From contig NW_026889779.1 of NCBI RefSeq assembly GCF_033153115.1, forward strand, positions 9,920,001-9,984,000: a DNA stretch of 64,000 nt, in the 5' to 3' direction. Below, in pieces: positions 63,801 to 64,000 of this stretch. The position numbers and the translations under genes were made by a program. The first letter of the stretch is position 1. The number at the start of each line of letters is the position of its first letter. This DNA is from Saccostrea echinata. Lineage: Eukaryota. The notes under the pieces were generated by a model. It had not been told where the DNA came from. It did no database searches and worked only from the letters and a program-made list of their open reading frames with translations.

Positions 63801-64000
63801 ATTACATTTTCTTATATTTTCCCTTTGGCTAGAGCTGTATTTTTGTTGCACAGTGTTATAGGCTGTGACGTCGTAGTTTGAGAAGTCATAGCTAAGTGAG
63901 ATTGAAAAACGTTGAAAACATGGATTTTTAATGACATATTTGGAAAACTTAGCATATACTTAGTCTCTGTCAGGATGGCTCATTAACTCTATCTTTTATA

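Overview
AT-rich eukaryotic (animal) genomic DNA from a gapped assembly, with N-gaps at 36471-36601, 41463-41596 and 47181-47316. The repeat families (a Helentron-type non-autonomous element carrying a ~166-bp Cg170-like array, a tRNA-bearing TRIM, a Penelope-like fragment, frequent TACATGTA) suggest a bivalve, probably an oyster; this is inference. Positions 1-~37.9 kb are CpG-poor, A-skewed and almost free of transposons, with no credible long ORF; they are probably a very large minus-strand intron or regulatory region. Positions ~38-64 kb are transposon-dense. One dead LINE RT fragment (41597-~46535) carries insertions from four DNA-transposon superfamilies: a Kolobok-like MITE (TTAA), an IS3EU-like element (6-bp TSD) that itself holds a mariner MITE (TA), and a 1.8-kb Mutator-like foldback palindrome built from a 181-bp satellite (9-bp TSD). 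Each junction restores the RT frame when the insert is removed. Also present are a complete 348-bp TRIM whose LTRs contain a tRNA-like sequence (tRNA-His PBS, 4-bp TSD), three CAGGG-ended elements with 5-bp TSDs, and further hAT, Harbinger, pogo, Kolobok and Helentron elements. The only well-supported host coding sequence is a probable first coding exon of a plus-strand type II membrane protein (62665-62811). I see no prokaryotic-type system, CRISPR array or intact transposase. Superfamily names rest on terminus and TSD rules recalled from general knowledge; no database search was run.
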